From: a virus
Length of the DNA: 64,000 nt
Virus record (IMG/VR): IMGVR_UViG_3300042454_000021
Coordinates: 48,926 to 112,925 of that record
Direction: 5' to 3' (one strand)
A model generated the notes under the pieces. That model was not told where the DNA came from, did no database searches, and saw nothing but the letters and a program-made list of their open reading frames with translations. The translations under genes and the position numbers were made by a program. Of this stretch, positions 8,554 through 17,805 are shown one piece after another; positions within the stretch are counted from its first letter, which is position 1, and each line of letters begins with the position of its first letter.

Positions 8554-8770
8554 GAATCCTTCTGGTGGCCTAAATGCAAAAGGTAGGGCTTCCTACAACA
8601 GAGCTAACCCAGGTAAACCTGGTCTTAAAGCTCCACAACCTGAAGGTGGTCCTCGCAAGAAATCATTCTGTGCTAGGATGTCAGGCATGAAAAAGAAACT
8701 AACGTCTGCAAAAACTGCAAACGATCCTAATTCTCGTATCAATAAATCTCTACGTAAGTGGAAGTGTTAA
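8516..8770 (+). CDS. Conserved basic phage protein (DUF6321-like)
   Basis: AWQRKEGKNPSGGLNAKGRASY...RKKSFCARM...DPNSRINKSLRKWKC; start reassigned to the ATG at 8516. Confidence 0.7.
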   Translation: MAKSEAWQRKEGKNPSGGLNAKGRASYNRANPGKPGLKAPQPEGGPRKKSFCARMSGMKKKLTSAKTANDPNSRINKSLRKWKC

Positions 8771-8771
8771 C

Positions 8772-9227
8772 ATGAAAAAATTAAAGAAAGCTCAAGTTGG
8801 AAGTTTAGTAAAAGGACTATTTAAAGGTGCAATTAAAGGCACTGGAAAAGCTGCAGCTAAAACAGCTCCTAAAGTATTAACTTTAGCTGAAAAAGTAGAG
8901 GCTAAAAAATTTGCACAAACACCATTAGAAAAGAAAATAGGAAAAGATGCAGATAAAACTTTAAAAAAGTTAAACATTAATAAGTACAATGAAACTCCTC
9001 CACCAGCATTCAAATTAACAGCAGAACAAAAAGCTAATAATGATAGAATTCTTAAGAATGCTAACAATAATATGAAGTCTGGTGGTATGATTAAACGTGC
9101 TGATGGTTCTATGTCTAAGCGTGGTTTATGGGACAACATTCGTGCTAACAAAGGCTCAGGTAAGAAACCTACAGCTGCTATGTTAAAGCAGGAGAAAAAA
9201 ATTAAAGCTCAAACTAAAAAGAAATAA
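8772..9227 (+). CDS. Lys/Ala-rich basic protein
   Basis: KKAQxG and MKSGG motifs; GLWDNIRA module. Confidence 0.7.
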   Translation: MKKLKKAQVGSLVKGLFKGAIKGTGKAAAKTAPKVLTLAEKVEAKKFAQTPLEKKIGKDADKTLKKLNINKYNETPPPAFKLTAEQKANNDRILKNANNNMKSGGMIKRADGSMSKRGLWDNIRANKGSGKKPTAAMLKQEKKIKAQTKKK

Positions 9228-9229
9228 CA

Positions 9230-9625
9230 ATGAAAACAATGAAAAAAGCACAAGCTGGTGCATCTGTTAAAATTAAAGTTAAAGCTAAACCATTACCTAA
9301 AGCAGGTAAACAAACTCCTGCAGACTTCCTTCCAGGATCTTATGATAAGTTACCACGTACAAAAAGTGGTGGAGCTAATTATGATGGACCTAAAGCTGGA
9401 CCTCGTGAGATGAATCCTAAAGGTATGTCTAAAAATGGTAGTATGATGAAAAAAGCTAAAGTTGGTGGAGAATTTGGTATGTTATCAGTGAAAGCTGGTA
9501 TCGATAAGAACCCTAATCCTACAGCTGCTGATCGTATTGCAGGTGCTACTAAAGGTAAGGCTAAATCAGGAGCTATGATGAAAAAAGGTGGTGCTATGAA
9601 AAAATGTAAATATGGCTGTAAATAA
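9230..9625 (+). CDS. Lys-rich basic protein
   Basis: Repeated MKKAxxG and KxGG motifs. Confidence 0.7.
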   Translation: MKTMKKAQAGASVKIKVKAKPLPKAGKQTPADFLPGSYDKLPRTKSGGANYDGPKAGPREMNPKGMSKNGSMMKKAKVGGEFGMLSVKAGIDKNPNPTAADRIAGATKGKAKSGAMMKKGGAMKKCKYGCK

Positions 9626-9626
9626 T

Positions 9627-9809
9627 ATGAAAAAGAAAGCTCAATCAGGTGCAGCTGTTTCTAACAAGTTCACCATCACTGCAAAACAAGCTCCAGATAA
9701 ATTAGGTAAAAAACCTTCTAAGGTTGATACTACAAAATCATTTGAGAGTAATAAATTCACTATACCTAAGAAGACTATGAAGTCTGGAGGTAAAATGAAA
9801 AAGAAATAA
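9627..9809 (+). CDS. Lys-rich basic peptide
   Basis: MKKKAQSG...MKSGGKMKKK; internal SNKFTI repeat. Confidence 0.65.
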   Translation: MKKKAQSGAAVSNKFTITAKQAPDKLGKKPSKVDTTKSFESNKFTIPKKTMKSGGKMKKK

Positions 9810-9976
9810 TGATTAAGAAAAAAACAAAGCCTGTGCTTAAAATGCACAAGCCTGCAAAGGCTCCTAAAGTGGCACCTCCTAAACCAGTTGATGCTAACTA
9901 TATGAAGGAGGCTGATACGCCATCACGTCTTAAGAGTAAGATGTGGCCTTTGAAACAAAAAAGACTTTCTAAATAG
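9809..9976 (+). CDS. Lys/Pro-rich peptide, 55 aa
   Basis: Translated manually: MIKKKTKPVLK...; TAATG coupling. Confidence 0.6.
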   Translation: MIKKKTKPVLKMHKPAKAPKVAPPKPVDANYMKEADTPSRLKSKMWPLKQKRLSK

Positions 9977-10018
9977 ATTTTTGTTCGTTTCGATTAAATT
10001 TGTGATTTTGGGTTAAGT

Positions 10019-10050
10019 AAAAAGGGAACCATTTGGCTCCCTTTTTCTTT
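10019..10050. terminator. Bidirectional intrinsic terminator at the convergence point
   Basis: aaaaagggaacc-attt-ggctcccttttt, flanked by A and T tracts. Confidence 0.8.
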
Positions 10051-10586
10051 TATGGTTGTAGTGAATTATAGGTAGATAGCACTTTATTAATGTAATATTT
10101 GTTCTTTGCTTTATTATAACAGTTTTCAGCAAATATACCATCTGCATCTCTTCTACTTAAAACAAATCTTTCATTACCTACTAATGATGTATGTAAAATA
10201 AAGTTATGACTATCTACATAGCTTAATTTAACTATGTTTCCATACAATCTATGTACACCACTGGTCCATACTTGATCAAATGATATAAAGTCATTATCTA
10301 AATCTTTGATATTATCCCATAAGTCTGGATGCATAGTTGTATCATCATCATTAAAGTATATCCAACCTTCTGTTACTAGATCGATTGCTAAGTTTCTTTG
10401 TGCATTTCCACACACGCTGTTTATATCTTTAATGCAATAAGCTTCACATTCTGGGATGTTTTCTGGAATAGTCTCTGAATCAAAAACAACAATCCACCTG
10501 TAGTTATCTTTAGGGATATTGATGCTTTTTGAAACAGCATCTAAAAACTCTGGTCTACTACAAGGGGTGATAATATTTAAGAACAT
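10050..10586 (-). CDS. GT-A fold glycosyltransferase (GT2-like)
   Basis: IITPCSR, GNAQRN.A.D and YFNDDD motifs. Confidence 0.8.
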   Translation of the reverse strand: MFLNIITPCSRPEFLDAVSKSINIPKDNYRWIVVFDSETIPENIPECEAYCIKDINSVCGNAQRNLAIDLVTEGWIYFNDDDTTMHPDLWDNIKDLDNDFISFDQVWTSGVHRLYGNIVKLSYVDSHNFILHTSLVGNERFVLSRRDADGIFAENCYNKAKNKYYINKVLSTYNSLQP

Positions 10587-11230
10587 TCTTTATCATTTCT
10601 ATGTAACACCAATAACTTATCATTATCCCATCCTGGAGAAAACTTTAACTCATGATCAGCCATAATAAATGTAGCTGATGAGAAGTATTCTTTAATACCA
10701 TCTATAGCTTCTATATATCTATTCTCATCTTCCTTAAGGAAAATGTCTTCGATAACAATTATACCTCCTGGTTTAACACACTTATATGCTACGTTTAGAA
10801 ATCTAATCTGATCCTCAAATACATGTGTAGAGTCTTCTATGATTATATCAAAGAAATCATTCTTGTTAAATACGCTCTTAATAGATTCTTCATTGGTAAC
10901 ATCTATATGAATGTATGTAGCATTTCTCAGATTATCACGTATTCCTTTTTGCAATTTATCATCATGATATTCATATCCAAATAAAGCTGCATTAGGAAAG
11001 TATTCTCTCCAACATAACATTGAATGGTTGTCCAATATTCCCACTTCACCTATTGTAATTTCCTTATAACGAAGTTGCGAGAACAATAGGTTATATATAG
11101 ATGTATAAGCATGTCTATGCAAATGAGATTCATTGTGATAAGGACACTTATCTGTAGGATACTTAACAGCAAGTTTACACAAATCTGTATTAGCATGTGT
11201 AGAGTCAATACTTATTCTATTTATTTGCAT
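10577..11230 (-). CDS. Class I SAM-dependent methyltransferase (sugar O-methyltransferase-like)
   Basis: EVGI...S...W..YFP, FDIIIEDSTH and VKPGGIIVIED motifs. Confidence 0.8.
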   Translation of the reverse strand: MQINRISIDSTHANTDLCKLAVKYPTDKCPYHNESHLHRHAYTSIYNLLFSQLRYKEITIGEVGILDNHSMLCWREYFPNAALFGYEYHDDKLQKGIRDNLRNATYIHIDVTNEESIKSVFNKNDFFDIIIEDSTHVFEDQIRFLNVAYKCVKPGGIIVIEDIFLKEDENRYIEAIDGIKEYFSSATFIMADHELKFSPGWDNDKLLVLHRNDKECS

Positions 11231-11969
11231 TGATGAAATCTTTTAACATTTGATTATAATCTTTATCCCAATGAGGATTAAGTGTGACTTCGCCTACAGG
11301 AACATTTCCTTTGCGTCTTTCTCTTTCTATATGAGCACTATGTCTTTGTATAGCGTTGAGTTTTCCAGAATGATCTGTACCCTCACCACTCATATGATAT
11401 CCTCTACCACCCCACATATAGAACCAACTAGCTTCTTCTTTAGGTGGCTTAGCAAACAGCCTTCCCCCATAAGCATTGATGTTTTCAATAAAAGTCATAT
11501 CATATCCAGCATTCTCAAGAGGATGCCCTCCTATAGCTTTCCAAGCTGACTTTCTAAAAACAATACCAGAGTTACCTATCCAACCAACTTGTTCAATACC
11601 TGTAATGTGACATAGTACACCTACTTCCCAATGAATAATGTTTACATCATTAGTCATGTATTTAACTACATTCTGTAAATGATTTGGTAGGGCTACATCA
11701 TCATCATCCCATTGACATATAATTTCTCCTTGACACATCTCTGTTGCATAGTTTTCTTTTTCTCCTATGGTATCAAAAGTTTTGTCTAGGTTAACTATCT
11801 TAACTTGTGGATGATCAAATACAAGAGTTTGTAAAGGATAATCATTAACTATGATAAGCTCACACTTGTCAGCAGGATAGTCCTGCTTGAGGAAAGATTC
11901 TACACTCTCCTCAAGCGTGGACACTCTACCATAAGTTATACACTTACATGAAATGAAAGGTAGTTCCAT
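11217..11969 (-). CDS. Glycosyltransferase family 2
   Basis: SFLKQDYP, ELIIVND, IGEKEN and QWDDDD motifs. Confidence 0.85.
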   Translation of the reverse strand: MELPFISCKCITYGRVSTLEESVESFLKQDYPADKCELIIVNDYPLQTLVFDHPQVKIVNLDKTFDTIGEKENYATEMCQGEIICQWDDDDVALPNHLQNVVKYMTNDVNIIHWEVGVLCHITGIEQVGWIGNSGIVFRKSAWKAIGGHPLENAGYDMTFIENINAYGGRLFAKPPKEEASWFYMWGGRGYHMSGEGTDHSGKLNAIQRHSAHIERERRKGNVPVGEVTLNPHWDKDYNQMLKDFINANK

Positions 11970-11970
11970 A

Positions 11971-12258
11971 TTACCAAACTAAAATCACATCAAATGGTGT
12001 AACTAATAACTTATTCTCATCACCAATAGGAATCACTGGGGCTTTACCTAATGCTCCTGGATCAACTAAGATCTTATCACCTATGTTAATGCTAGTAACA
12101 AGATCACCTACAGCATGTACTGTAAGCTTATTAAGTTTCTGCATCATCTCTCTTTCAAGAGCTTCTTTTGTGTTCTCGTCCACAATAAGTTTACCTTCAT
12201 CTTTCTTAGGAAGGTCTAAAAGGATTCTATTTCCTAGTAATTTTTTAAAATCTGCCAT
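11971..12258 (-). CDS. groES: GroES-like co-chaperonin
   Basis: LGNRILL, VHAVG, IGDKIL and DVILV pattern; 95 aa. Confidence 0.75.
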   Translation of the reverse strand: MADFKKLLGNRILLDLPKKDEGKLIVDENTKEALEREMMQKLNKLTVHAVGDLVTSINIGDKILVDPGALGKAPVIPIGDENKLLVTPFDVILVW

Positions 12259-12533
12259 TATGCTTCAATGTTTGTTAGTTTTTTAAATCTTATAATGTCA
12301 TCACCTTTCAAATGAATATCTGATTGGAAGATGTCACGCTTACGTTGTACACCTATCACCTTATTAGTCTTAGGATTAAGTGTAGGAACCTCTTCAACAC
12401 GCTCATGGATATCATCTAGTAATACTACTAGCTCATCATCAAATGCAATGCTGCGAATTACTTTATTCACATTGAAAGAGTCTGTAAACTCTTTGTCACC
12501 CTCTTTACGAGTGTAGAAAAATTGATTTGTCAT
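12258..12533 (-). CDS. Hypothetical protein
   Basis: Coupled ORF. Confidence 0.65.
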   Translation of the reverse strand: MTNQFFYTRKEGDKEFTDSFNVNKVIRSIAFDDELVVLLDDIHERVEEVPTLNPKTNKVIGVQRKRDIFQSDIHLKGDDIIRFKKLTNIEA

Positions 12534-12943
12534 TGGTTTATTTTGTTTAAAATTGCAATACGTCTTCTGTTAACTTCTTCAAATCTGTACATATCATTCT
12601 CTACAGATTCATGTTCTGGTAAAGTTAATAAAATAATATTAGATTTATCATATTGTAGTTCAGGATATTTACTCTTAGGGAGGATGTGATGAAAGAATGT
12701 TGATAATGCTTCTCCTCCTAGATAATCTCCACTCACTTCTGAGTAATGTTTGCGTTCTTTCCAGATTTCTAAGAACAAGTTTCTCATTGTCTCTATCTTA
12801 GTCTTCTGCACAAACATGTCACGCTTAGCTGCTATCAGCCCACCTCGTTTAGGAGTGATGGGTTTACGCTTGATGTGACTCAAACATAAACCCTTACTCC
12901 ATACAGGCTTATCACAATTTTCTACAGAACATGATTTTGCCAT
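12530..12943 (-). CDS. HNH-like nuclease
   Basis: SEVSG...FHHILPK...NIILL...H; N-terminal C-x4-C...C-x2-H. Confidence 0.6.
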   Translation of the reverse strand: MAKSCSVENCDKPVWSKGLCLSHIKRKPITPKRGGLIAAKRDMFVQKTKIETMRNLFLEIWKERKHYSEVSGDYLGGEALSTFFHHILPKSKYPELQYDKSNIILLTLPEHESVENDMYRFEEVNRRRIAILNKINQ

Positions 12944-13217
12944 CTTGTTTTTCTATTAGAAGATTGAGATAAGTTTGGGCCTTCTTTAAATCTTCCAGCC
13001 CATTCTTACGTCTCCATCTCAGTAAATACTTTAACACATTACCTTCCAGAAAGTCTAATCCATACTCATTAGCTATATCGATTACATCAAAGGCATATCC
13101 TTTGTAATGATCTGGATGTACAGGTCTTTCCATCTGACCTATTTCATCCATTTCTAGTCTATTTTTTAATGTATTACCTTGTAGCCTATGCTCAATTTCC
13201 TGTTGATCCATGTCCAT
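12912..13217 (-). CDS. DUF3310 / T7 gp1.7-like nucleotide kinase (start uncertain)
   Basis: HPDHY, GNVLKYLLR..RKNG.EDLKKA..YL. Confidence 0.85.
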   Translation of the reverse strand: MDMDQQEIEHRLQGNTLKNRLEMDEIGQMERPVHPDHYKGYAFDVIDIANEYGLDFLEGNVLKYLLRWRRKNGLEDLKKAQTYLNLLIEKQDGKIMFCRKL

Positions 13218-13617
13218 CTGTTCCTCTTTGTGTTTCTGATAGTTCTTCTACTTCTACATATTTTGCTAATGGTACTGGTATAATTACTAGCTGAGCAATA
13301 CGATCACCTATTTTATATAGTTCTCTAGTATTGTGGTTAGTTTTAATATTAAATGTTACCATTATCTCACCTCTATATCCACTATCTATTACACCTACAG
13401 AGTTAGCCATACTTAGTGCGTAGTTACGTACAGAGGAACGTGGGAACACAAGTCCCACCATTCCTTCTGGTATCTCTACAGCAAGTCCTGTACCATATAC
13501 TATTTGAGACTCTGTTGCCCAAGCAACTGTAGCTACAAGATCTGCACCTGCATCTCCTGGTTTGCCAAACTTAGGCTTCTGTGCCTCTGGATTCAACTTC
13601 TTGAAGTGTATCTTCAT
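13192..13617 (-). CDS. dut: Trimeric dUTPase
   Basis: AGADL, RSS, GVIDSGYRGE, RIAQL and RG..G.GSTG motifs. Confidence 0.95.
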   Translation of the reverse strand: MKIHFKKLNPEAQKPKFGKPGDAGADLVATVAWATESQIVYGTGLAVEIPEGMVGLVFPRSSVRNYALSMANSVGVIDSGYRGEIMVTFNIKTNHNTRELYKIGDRIAQLVIIPVPLAKYVEVEELSETQRGTDGHGSTGN

Positions 13618-14638
13618 CTTCTGTTTCGTTTATTTCGTTTACGTTATTAATTTTATCCACAATATCCTGACGCAGTTTGTCAAAGAATTCTTCATTGTCT
13701 GTTAGTAGAGTTCTAAACTCGTCAAGCTCATACTTGATCTCATTGTATGTAATAGTCTTACCATACTTACGTAAGATTGCAAGGTCACTAGCCATGTCCA
13801 TGATCTCTAACATACGATCAATACCTACGCCAAACAATATCTCAAACTCTACACCCTTGAAAGGAGGAGCCATCTTGTTCTTGATAGTCTTAATCTTAGT
13901 TAGATTACCATAAGCTTCTGTACCTTCCTTAGCAAGAGTCTTACTAACTTCTACGCGCACATCACTATAGAACTTTAATGCATGACCACCTTGAGTTGTT
14001 CTAGGATCACCAAACATTACACCAATCTTCTCACGATATTGACTTACTACAATAACACATGTCTGGTGCTTAGATAGAATACCCTTTAACTTAGGATAGA
14101 CATCACTGTTAAGCTTAGCTTTTCTACCAATAGAACTATCACCCACCTCACCATCTAAGACTTTCTTAGGGATTAAAGATGAATCTGAGTCAATGATAAC
14201 AAGATCAATCTCTCCAGTGTTAATCATATCCATAGCAATTTGGAAACCCTCCTCGCCACAAGTTGGCTGAGAGATTAGCATACTTGCAATATCTACACCT
14301 AGAGCAGTGAAGTAGTTAGGATCAACAGCATGCTCGCCATCGATGTACAACACCTTACCACCATTAGATTGACAGTTAGCTACAGCATGTCCACAGATAG
14401 TAGATTTACCACTACCCTCCCAACCTACAAGTTCATAAAGTTTCCCTTTAACGAAACCTCCCACACCTAGAGCGATGTGGTCAAATGCAATAGATCCTGT
14501 AGAAATAAGATCATATTCATTGTGGTTTTTATCACCTAAGGATAAGATAGTACCCACGCCATACTTTTTGTTGAGCGCATCTAATGCGTCATCCAGCTTA
14601 GATTTACCTGAAGCTGCTTCTGTTTGCTTTTTTGCCAT
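13571..14638 (-). CDS. recA: RecA-like recombinase
   Basis: GWEGSGKST Walker A, IDGEHA, GGHALKFY, KNKMAPPF; start reassigned to MAKKQ. Confidence 0.95.
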   Translation of the reverse strand: MAKKQTEAASGKSKLDDALDALNKKYGVGTILSLGDKNHNEYDLISTGSIAFDHIALGVGGFVKGKLYELVGWEGSGKSTICGHAVANCQSNGGKVLYIDGEHAVDPNYFTALGVDIASMLISQPTCGEEGFQIAMDMINTGEIDLVIIDSDSSLIPKKVLDGEVGDSSIGRKAKLNSDVYPKLKGILSKHQTCVIVVSQYREKIGVMFGDPRTTQGGHALKFYSDVRVEVSKTLAKEGTEAYGNLTKIKTIKNKMAPPFKGVEFEILFGVGIDRMLEIMDMASDLAILRKYGKTITYNEIKYELDEFRTLLTDNEEFFDKLRQDIVDKINNVNEINETEDEDTLQEVESRGTEA

Positions 14639-14681
14639 TTCGTTTATTTTTTTGTTATATAAAGTTACAAATAATTCATTA

Positions 14682-14720
14682 AAAAAGAAATAGCCTAGAA
14701 GCAAAACCTCTAGGCTATTT
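14682..14720 (-). terminator. Intrinsic terminator
   Basis: 12-bp stem aaatagcctaga/tctaggctattt followed by a U tract on the minus strand. Confidence 0.75.
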
Positions 14721-14742
14721 GGAACTCTACACAATCTAAATA

Positions 14743-14895
14743 CTAATCTTTAGAGCCCTTCACCCACTTAGGAGTGTAAGGACAATTTGAACATTTACTG
14801 CCACAGCAGGAGCCTCTACTTGCTAAGAACTCCTTAGACAAGCTCGCAGGCACCTCCACCACAGGCAACTGATTCGTTGAAGTTAACTGTATCAT
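14743..14895 (-). CDS. Cys-rich miniprotein (DUF5522-like), overlapping the RNR 3' end
   Basis: Translated manually: ...EFLASRGSCCGSKCSNCPY... Confidence 0.65.
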   Translation of the reverse strand: MIQLTSTNQLPVVEVPASLSKEFLASRGSCCGSKCSNCPYTPKWVKGSKD

Positions 14896-16759
14896 CTATC
14901 TCTTTGATTTTAGTGATATCGATTTCTTTAAGTTCACCAATAAGTGAATTATATTTCTCTTCAGTGATGTCCTCAAAAGGAGCTTGCTGATAAGACCCAC
15001 CCCAATAAGGTAGTACAGACAAACCATTATAGAACTCACGATTCTCCCACATCCAATCACCTACAGCTTCCCACTCATCCATATATCCACCTTCTGCTGG
15101 ATTATACTGAGTGCCTTCACCATCATTCATATTAACTGCAATATACTTTCTAGTGCTATCAATAGAAATAGTAGCTGATACGTTGTGTGTATTGTCACCA
15201 TGTACATGTCCTGCATTAATCCAATCAGTAGAGAAATGTTTAACTCTTTCTAATGTATCAAGAGCAGTTTCTGTACGAAGGATAGAATCCTCTGGTGCCT
15301 TAACAGGAATGCGTACACAGATGGTATCTTGTGGGCGTAACACATCATCTTCTACTAACTCTGGATGATTAGTCATTAGATACTGTGCAATGTCTTCGTT
15401 CTTGTTAAAACGCATTGTACGTAAATAATAATCGTTATGCCAAGCATGAATACCAGATGCTGTTCCCAATACCAATGACGTTGTACCTGAAGGTTTAACA
15501 CAACTAATACGAGCTGCTTCATTAATACCAGTCTTCTCAGAAATCATTTGATTAACTTTCTTAGCTACATTAGCTGCCATCTTTAAGTCATACTTCATAA
15601 TCTCTCCACTTCCTATACCAGTCATACCAATACCTAATAAGGCATCGTGTTGAGTTGTTTTAGCCCAGATAGGACGAAGGTAGTGGAAGTCAGTAAAGCC
15701 TGCCTGTAATGTACCAAAGAACGCAGCTGCACCTACACGATTGTTAAGATCATACTGGTCTTCTATATCACTTACATTAACCTCACATAAGTTACAGAAC
15801 TGATAAGGACGTAGAGCAATCTCACAACATGGGTTGGTTCCCCAATCTTTGTTGTTACTCCAATACAATCCTGGTTCTCCACTTCCTGATGCTTCTATAC
15901 GTTTCCATAAAGCAAAGAACTCTTCTTGACTAACTTCTCCACGCTTTAATACAGCAGAGTTGTTAGCACGTCCACGTTGTTCGTTAGTCTCCCACCAGTT
16001 GCCATACTTACATGTAATCATTTCTTCTTCATCATGATCAAATAAAGAGATCATAGCTGAACGACGAATACCACCTGCAAGAACAGAGTTAGCGATATGA
16101 CATAAGATATCATGGCAGTCTAGTGGAGATAACTTCTCACCTTCAGCCTTTCTATCTAACATAGCCTGAACATGTGTAAGACATAACTTCAATGGCTCTG
16201 GTCCTGGTGCCTTACCACCAGCTGTAACTAGACGCGCACCTTTCTCACGAACAGCACGATAGTCAAACTTTGGTAAGAATGATCCTTCAAGATAGGCTTT
16301 CATTAACACCTTTACAGCATCAGCCCATCCCATGATAGAATCTTCAACTAGATAGGTACGACCTTTACCTGGTTTCTTGATAGCTGGTAGCTCAGCTACG
16401 TGATGACGTTGTACACTATATCCTACACCTGTACCACCTAATAATAAGAACATACTTTCAGAGAAACTATGTAAGCTATCAATAGGTAGGTAACAACAGT
16501 TGTAAATACGTGCGTTGTTTACTTCAGCAGCAGCACCAGCAAATTGTAGTGCTCTCATAGAAGGCAAGATCTTCTTGTCTCTAATCATTGGAATAGACTC
16601 CTTGATTGACTCCTCTAAATAAGGATACTTCTTGATCATCATTGCCTCATAACGACTAATGATTTCATCCCATGTCTCTCTCCTGTTCAGCTCAGGAATA
16701 AACTTTGCATACTTGCTGAATACTGTTATTTTACTCAAGGCTTCTAATCCTAAATCCAT
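14834..16759 (-). CDS. nrdJ: Class II (B12-dependent) ribonucleotide reductase
   Basis: YNCC, GGIRRSAMI, TNPCCEIAL, VKPSGT, C-terminal CGGGACE; no beta-subunit gene nearby. Confidence 0.92.
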   Translation of the reverse strand: MDLGLEALSKITVFSKYAKFIPELNRRETWDEIISRYEAMMIKKYPYLEESIKESIPMIRDKKILPSMRALQFAGAAAEVNNARIYNCCYLPIDSLHSFSESMFLLLGGTGVGYSVQRHHVAELPAIKKPGKGRTYLVEDSIMGWADAVKVLMKAYLEGSFLPKFDYRAVREKGARLVTAGGKAPGPEPLKLCLTHVQAMLDRKAEGEKLSPLDCHDILCHIANSVLAGGIRRSAMISLFDHDEEEMITCKYGNWWETNEQRGRANNSAVLKRGEVSQEEFFALWKRIEASGSGEPGLYWSNNKDWGTNPCCEIALRPYQFCNLCEVNVSDIEDQYDLNNRVGAAAFFGTLQAGFTDFHYLRPIWAKTTQHDALLGIGMTGIGSGEIMKYDLKMAANVAKKVNQMISEKTGINEAARISCVKPSGTTSLVLGTASGIHAWHNDYYLRTMRFNKNEDIAQYLMTNHPELVEDDVLRPQDTICVRIPVKAPEDSILRTETALDTLERVKHFSTDWINAGHVHGDNTHNVSATISIDSTRKYIAVNMNDGEGTQYNPAEGGYMDEWEAVGDWMWENREFYNGLSVLPYWGGSYQQAPFEDITEEKYNSLIGELKEIDITKIKEIDDTVNFNESVACGGGACELV

Positions 16760-16784
16760 ACATTTAATTGTTTATGTGTTGTTA

Positions 16785-16822
16785 AAAAAATAAGGGCTAC
16801 AAATGTAACTTTGTAACCCTTA
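16785..16822 (-). terminator. Hairpin terminator overlapping a TACATTTG -7 box
   Basis: taagggctacaaa/tttgtaaccctta stem plus a U tract. Confidence 0.6.
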
Positions 16823-16849
16823 CCAAACAACCACTTTTGAAAATTAACT

Positions 16850-17251
16850 TTAACCATTTTCCTTATCACTAACTGATTTAGTTAATGTTGATTCAAGTTG
16901 CTTAATTGCAGTTTCTACAGCAATTTTATCAGCTTCTTTTCTAGTCTTATAAACTTCACTTGACCCACTAGTACCTATATTAGCTATTATAGAATAGCTA
17001 AATGATCCATCAGAAAAAGGTGTAACATTTATATACATATTATGACTATCAAAGAAATCAAATAGGTTTCTAGGATTACCATCTATGATAGCGCCAACAT
17101 TATTATTGTCTATTCCTTCTTCTCTGATGCTTTCCTTAAAGTCTTCAGGTAATCCTTCATGCTTTAAAGATTCAATCATAATTTCCAAATAATAGCTACA
17201 TATAAGCTTAGCAGATTCTGGGTTCTGCTCTAATAATTCTTTTCCTTTCAT
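16850..17251 (-). CDS. Hypothetical protein
   Basis: ORF within the operon. Confidence 0.65.
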   Translation of the reverse strand: MKGKELLEQNPESAKLICSYYLEIMIESLKHEGLPEDFKESIREEGIDNNNVGAIIDGNPRNLFDFFDSHNMYINVTPFSDGSFSYSIIANIGTSGSSEVYKTRKEADKIAVETAIKQLESTLTKSVSDKENG

Positions 17252-17805
17252 ACTAATTCTTCTTGTTTAATTTTATCTAAATCTAAAACTTCATTATCTA
17301 TATCAAAGCCATTCCATACCTCCATATCTTCTGTAAACTGCATGTCGAGTCTATCTTCCCAATATGTACGTAAGTCATCTGTCTTTTTAAAGATTCTATA
17401 TTGTAAAGATATTTCATCTTTATGTAAACCACTTTTTATAATCTTAATAACTTTTGGAAAATCATCTTGAAACTCTTGAGATGTTTGAGAATACAAACCT
17501 TCTTTAACAAGTGCAAAATCTTTCTTCCATTTCTTATCTAATGTATACACTACCACTACAAAACCATCTTCATAATCATAATCATCGATGATTTGCTTTG
17601 TACGCTCAGCTTCACTGTCTAAGAATTCTCTAAATTGATCAATATTACGTGGTTGAAATAAGAGATATACAGCATTTTGATACTGTATGTCTCTTCTAAC
17701 GTCGCTCATATAACCATTTAGATAGCCATTTTCTTTCAGCTTATCTCTATTGATTTTAAGAGTGGGCACTATAAATATACTTGTGATTGTTTTCTTTAAC
17801 TCCAT
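17248..17805 (-). CDS. Hypothetical protein
   Basis: ORF within the operon. Confidence 0.7.
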   Translation of the reverse strand: MELKKTITSIFIVPTLKINRDKLKENGYLNGYMSDVRRDIQYQNAVYLLFQPRNIDQFREFLDSEAERTKQIIDDYDYEDGFVVVVYTLDKKWKKDFALVKEGLYSQTSQEFQDDFPKVIKIIKSGLHKDEISLQYRIFKKTDDLRTYWEDRLDMQFTEDMEVWNGFDIDNEVLDLDKIKQEELV

